In this document: positions 62,701-64,000 of the stretch, piece by piece
How the letters are laid out: each line of letters starts with the position of its first letter
Position numbering within the stretch: position 1 is the stretch's first letter
From: Magallana gigas
Taxonomy: Eukaryota
Direction of reading: 5' to 3'
NCBI RefSeq assembly: GCF_963853765.1
Contig: NC_088861.1
Span: 3,224,001 to 3,288,000, forward strand
Length of the DNA: 64,000 nucleotides
The notes under the pieces: generated by a model
The model's database searches: none
Told to the model about the DNA's origin: nothing
Seen by the model: only the letters and a program-made list of their open reading frames with translations
Program-made: the position numbers and the translations under genes

Positions 62701-64000
62701 CAAGAACCCTGACTTCAGACACCACTGCAGACAACAAGCTGACTCCTATTTCCATTAAAGATATGTTTCAAGATCAGTCAACTGGGGCGTCAAATGCAAT
62801 TCAGGAACTTCTAAGTAAATCCGGATTAAGTCAGGATAGTATTTTTATGGAACCCAATCTCATACAGACTCAGTCAATCAACTCTCTCAATCTGATGGAC
62901 AAAATGGTCACTCCGGAAATGATAGGTGAAGATATGACTGCTTCAACACCAAGGAGTGTTTCATCAGACTCCACTCCCATGTCAACAAAACAGACCACAG
63001 CTGAAACAACTGTATCTTCTGCAACAGTCCCACAAGAAACATCATTACTCGAAACTACTGAACCAACAACAGTGTCTTCTTCAGTTTCTTCATCTACTAC
63101 TCAAGAAACAACTGCTCAGACTACCAAGGGTTCTGCCATTTCTTCAACTGTTTCACAGAAAACATCTTCAACCTCATCACAAAGGTCTTCTACCACCACA
63201 ACCACTAGTAATCTGACAACACCCGTCGTTGATTCTTCATCTCTCACTTCTACTGTCGCGAGCACCTTGTATTCTTCAACACCAAAACCTGAATCTCATA
63301 CGGATGAACACAGTCTCTCATCATCTACATCATCACCATCAACAACAAGGAGTAGTTCTACTTCAAACCCATCATCAACCCCACAAGCAGTAACACAGGC
63401 AACCAGCTTGAAAGTGGAAAAAACAACAGTTGAAGAGAATGTCACACCAAGTGTACCTCCATCTTCTACAACAGTTTCAAATGAGGTGAAAACAACAATT
63501 TCAACACAAGAGACATCATCTACAACTGCAGCAATAGATGTTACCTCGAGAGACAAAGGTTCAGACACCACAACACAAGAACCTACAACAAAGTCGGTAA
63601 CACTAGATGTGTCACCGACTGTGAAAAGTTCAGACATAACTACAACCATTTTGTCAACAACTGTTCTAGGACTGTCCTCAAAACAGGAAAAATCTACATC
63701 TTCCGCACCAAGCTCAGACCTGACGACATCTGTTTTGTCTTCCACGCCAAAAAGTTTACCCGTCACAGCGTCCCCAGTGGATAATATTCCATTGAAAATG
63801 CCCGAAGAATCAAAGACAACACCATCAGAACCAGCTGAGACGACGACGAAAATATTTCCGACCAAATCTGTAAAAGATACAATTTCAACACCAAGTATGC
63901 TTGAACCATCAACTCCTGAAATTTTATCCACCTCTCAGTACACGTTTTATACCGCACTCCCTGACTTAAACGAGCTCTATTCAGAAGAACTTCAACGCAT
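53482..64000 (+). CDS. CUB-like/mucin-stalk protein, paralogue 3, 3'-partial; exons 53482-53557, 58405-58443, 62137-62481, 62659 to beyond 64000
   Basis: Signal MSVPKEYRGLLYVSYVLLHVLCLFNG; micro-exon VSFAKKCLHHEGP; 6-Cys exon (VVEMC...CVC...CG...C...C). I read the Ser/Thr-rich frame as open from 62659 to the window end; the ORF track omits it because it has no stop. Confidence 0.8.
56595..56729. repeat. 135-bp palindrome whose arms are themselves hairpins
   Basis: CTGTCATGTTGTAAATTTTGAATTTACTGGGTGGGTGTAAATACAAAATTTACAACATG followed by its reverse complement. Confidence 0.85.
57175..58129 (-). mobile_element. TTAA-flanked MITE expanded by an internal tandem array
   Basis: Same termini as 52302-52798; TTAA at 57171-57174 and 58130-58133. 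Confidence 0.85.
57280..57893. repeat. 154-bp tandem repeat, 4 near-identical units, inside the MITE
   Basis: GTTGAGTTTTAAGCAAGATACAG starts at 57280, 57434, 57588 and 57742. Confidence 0.95.
60124..61654. mobile_element. hAT-like non-autonomous element (CAGTGGCGTAGCT termini), probably with nested insertions
   Basis: 13-bp inverted termini CAGTGGCGTAGCT / AGCTACGCCACTG with subterminal TAGGCAC motifs. No clean 8-bp target duplication. Confidence 0.6.
60558..60634 (-). pseudogene. Degenerate tRNA-derived (SINE-head-like) segment
   Basis: Minus strand TGGCTCAGAAGTTAGAGC (A-box-like) and GTGGGTTCGATTCTACC (B-box-like). Confidence 0.35.

Overview
AT-rich, intron-rich eukaryotic DNA with one assembly gap. 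The frequent TACATGTA motifs and the repeat types suggest a bivalve such as an oyster (inference; no database used). The ORF track shows only exon fragments, so I built gene models by hand from GT-AG sites and exon phases. Bases 633-12125 and 16161-32750 are two copies of a tandem segmental duplication. Each copy carries a two-exon TMEM35/DoxX-family gene (+) converging on a multi-exon type I membrane protein gene (-). That protein is built from a repeated four-exon module: Sushi-like, SEA-like split over two exons, and a GCC/ephrin-receptor-like Cys repeat. The copies differ by whole in-frame modules (about 816 aa vs about 1371 aa). A TMEM35 pseudogene lies between the copies. Bases 35217-64000 hold three divergent tandem paralogues sharing one exon-phase plan: signal peptide, Cys micro-exon, 6-Cys CUB-like exon, Ser/Thr mucin stalk, TM and motif-rich tail; the third runs off the window. 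Many non-autonomous mobile elements are interspersed: mariner-like, TTAA-flanked, foldback-like, Helitron-like and hairpin-ended types. I found no CRISPR array, rRNA or convincing intact tRNA. The best candidates for an undescribed system are the module-number-variable Sushi/SEA/GCC receptor pair and the CUB-like mucin receptor family.
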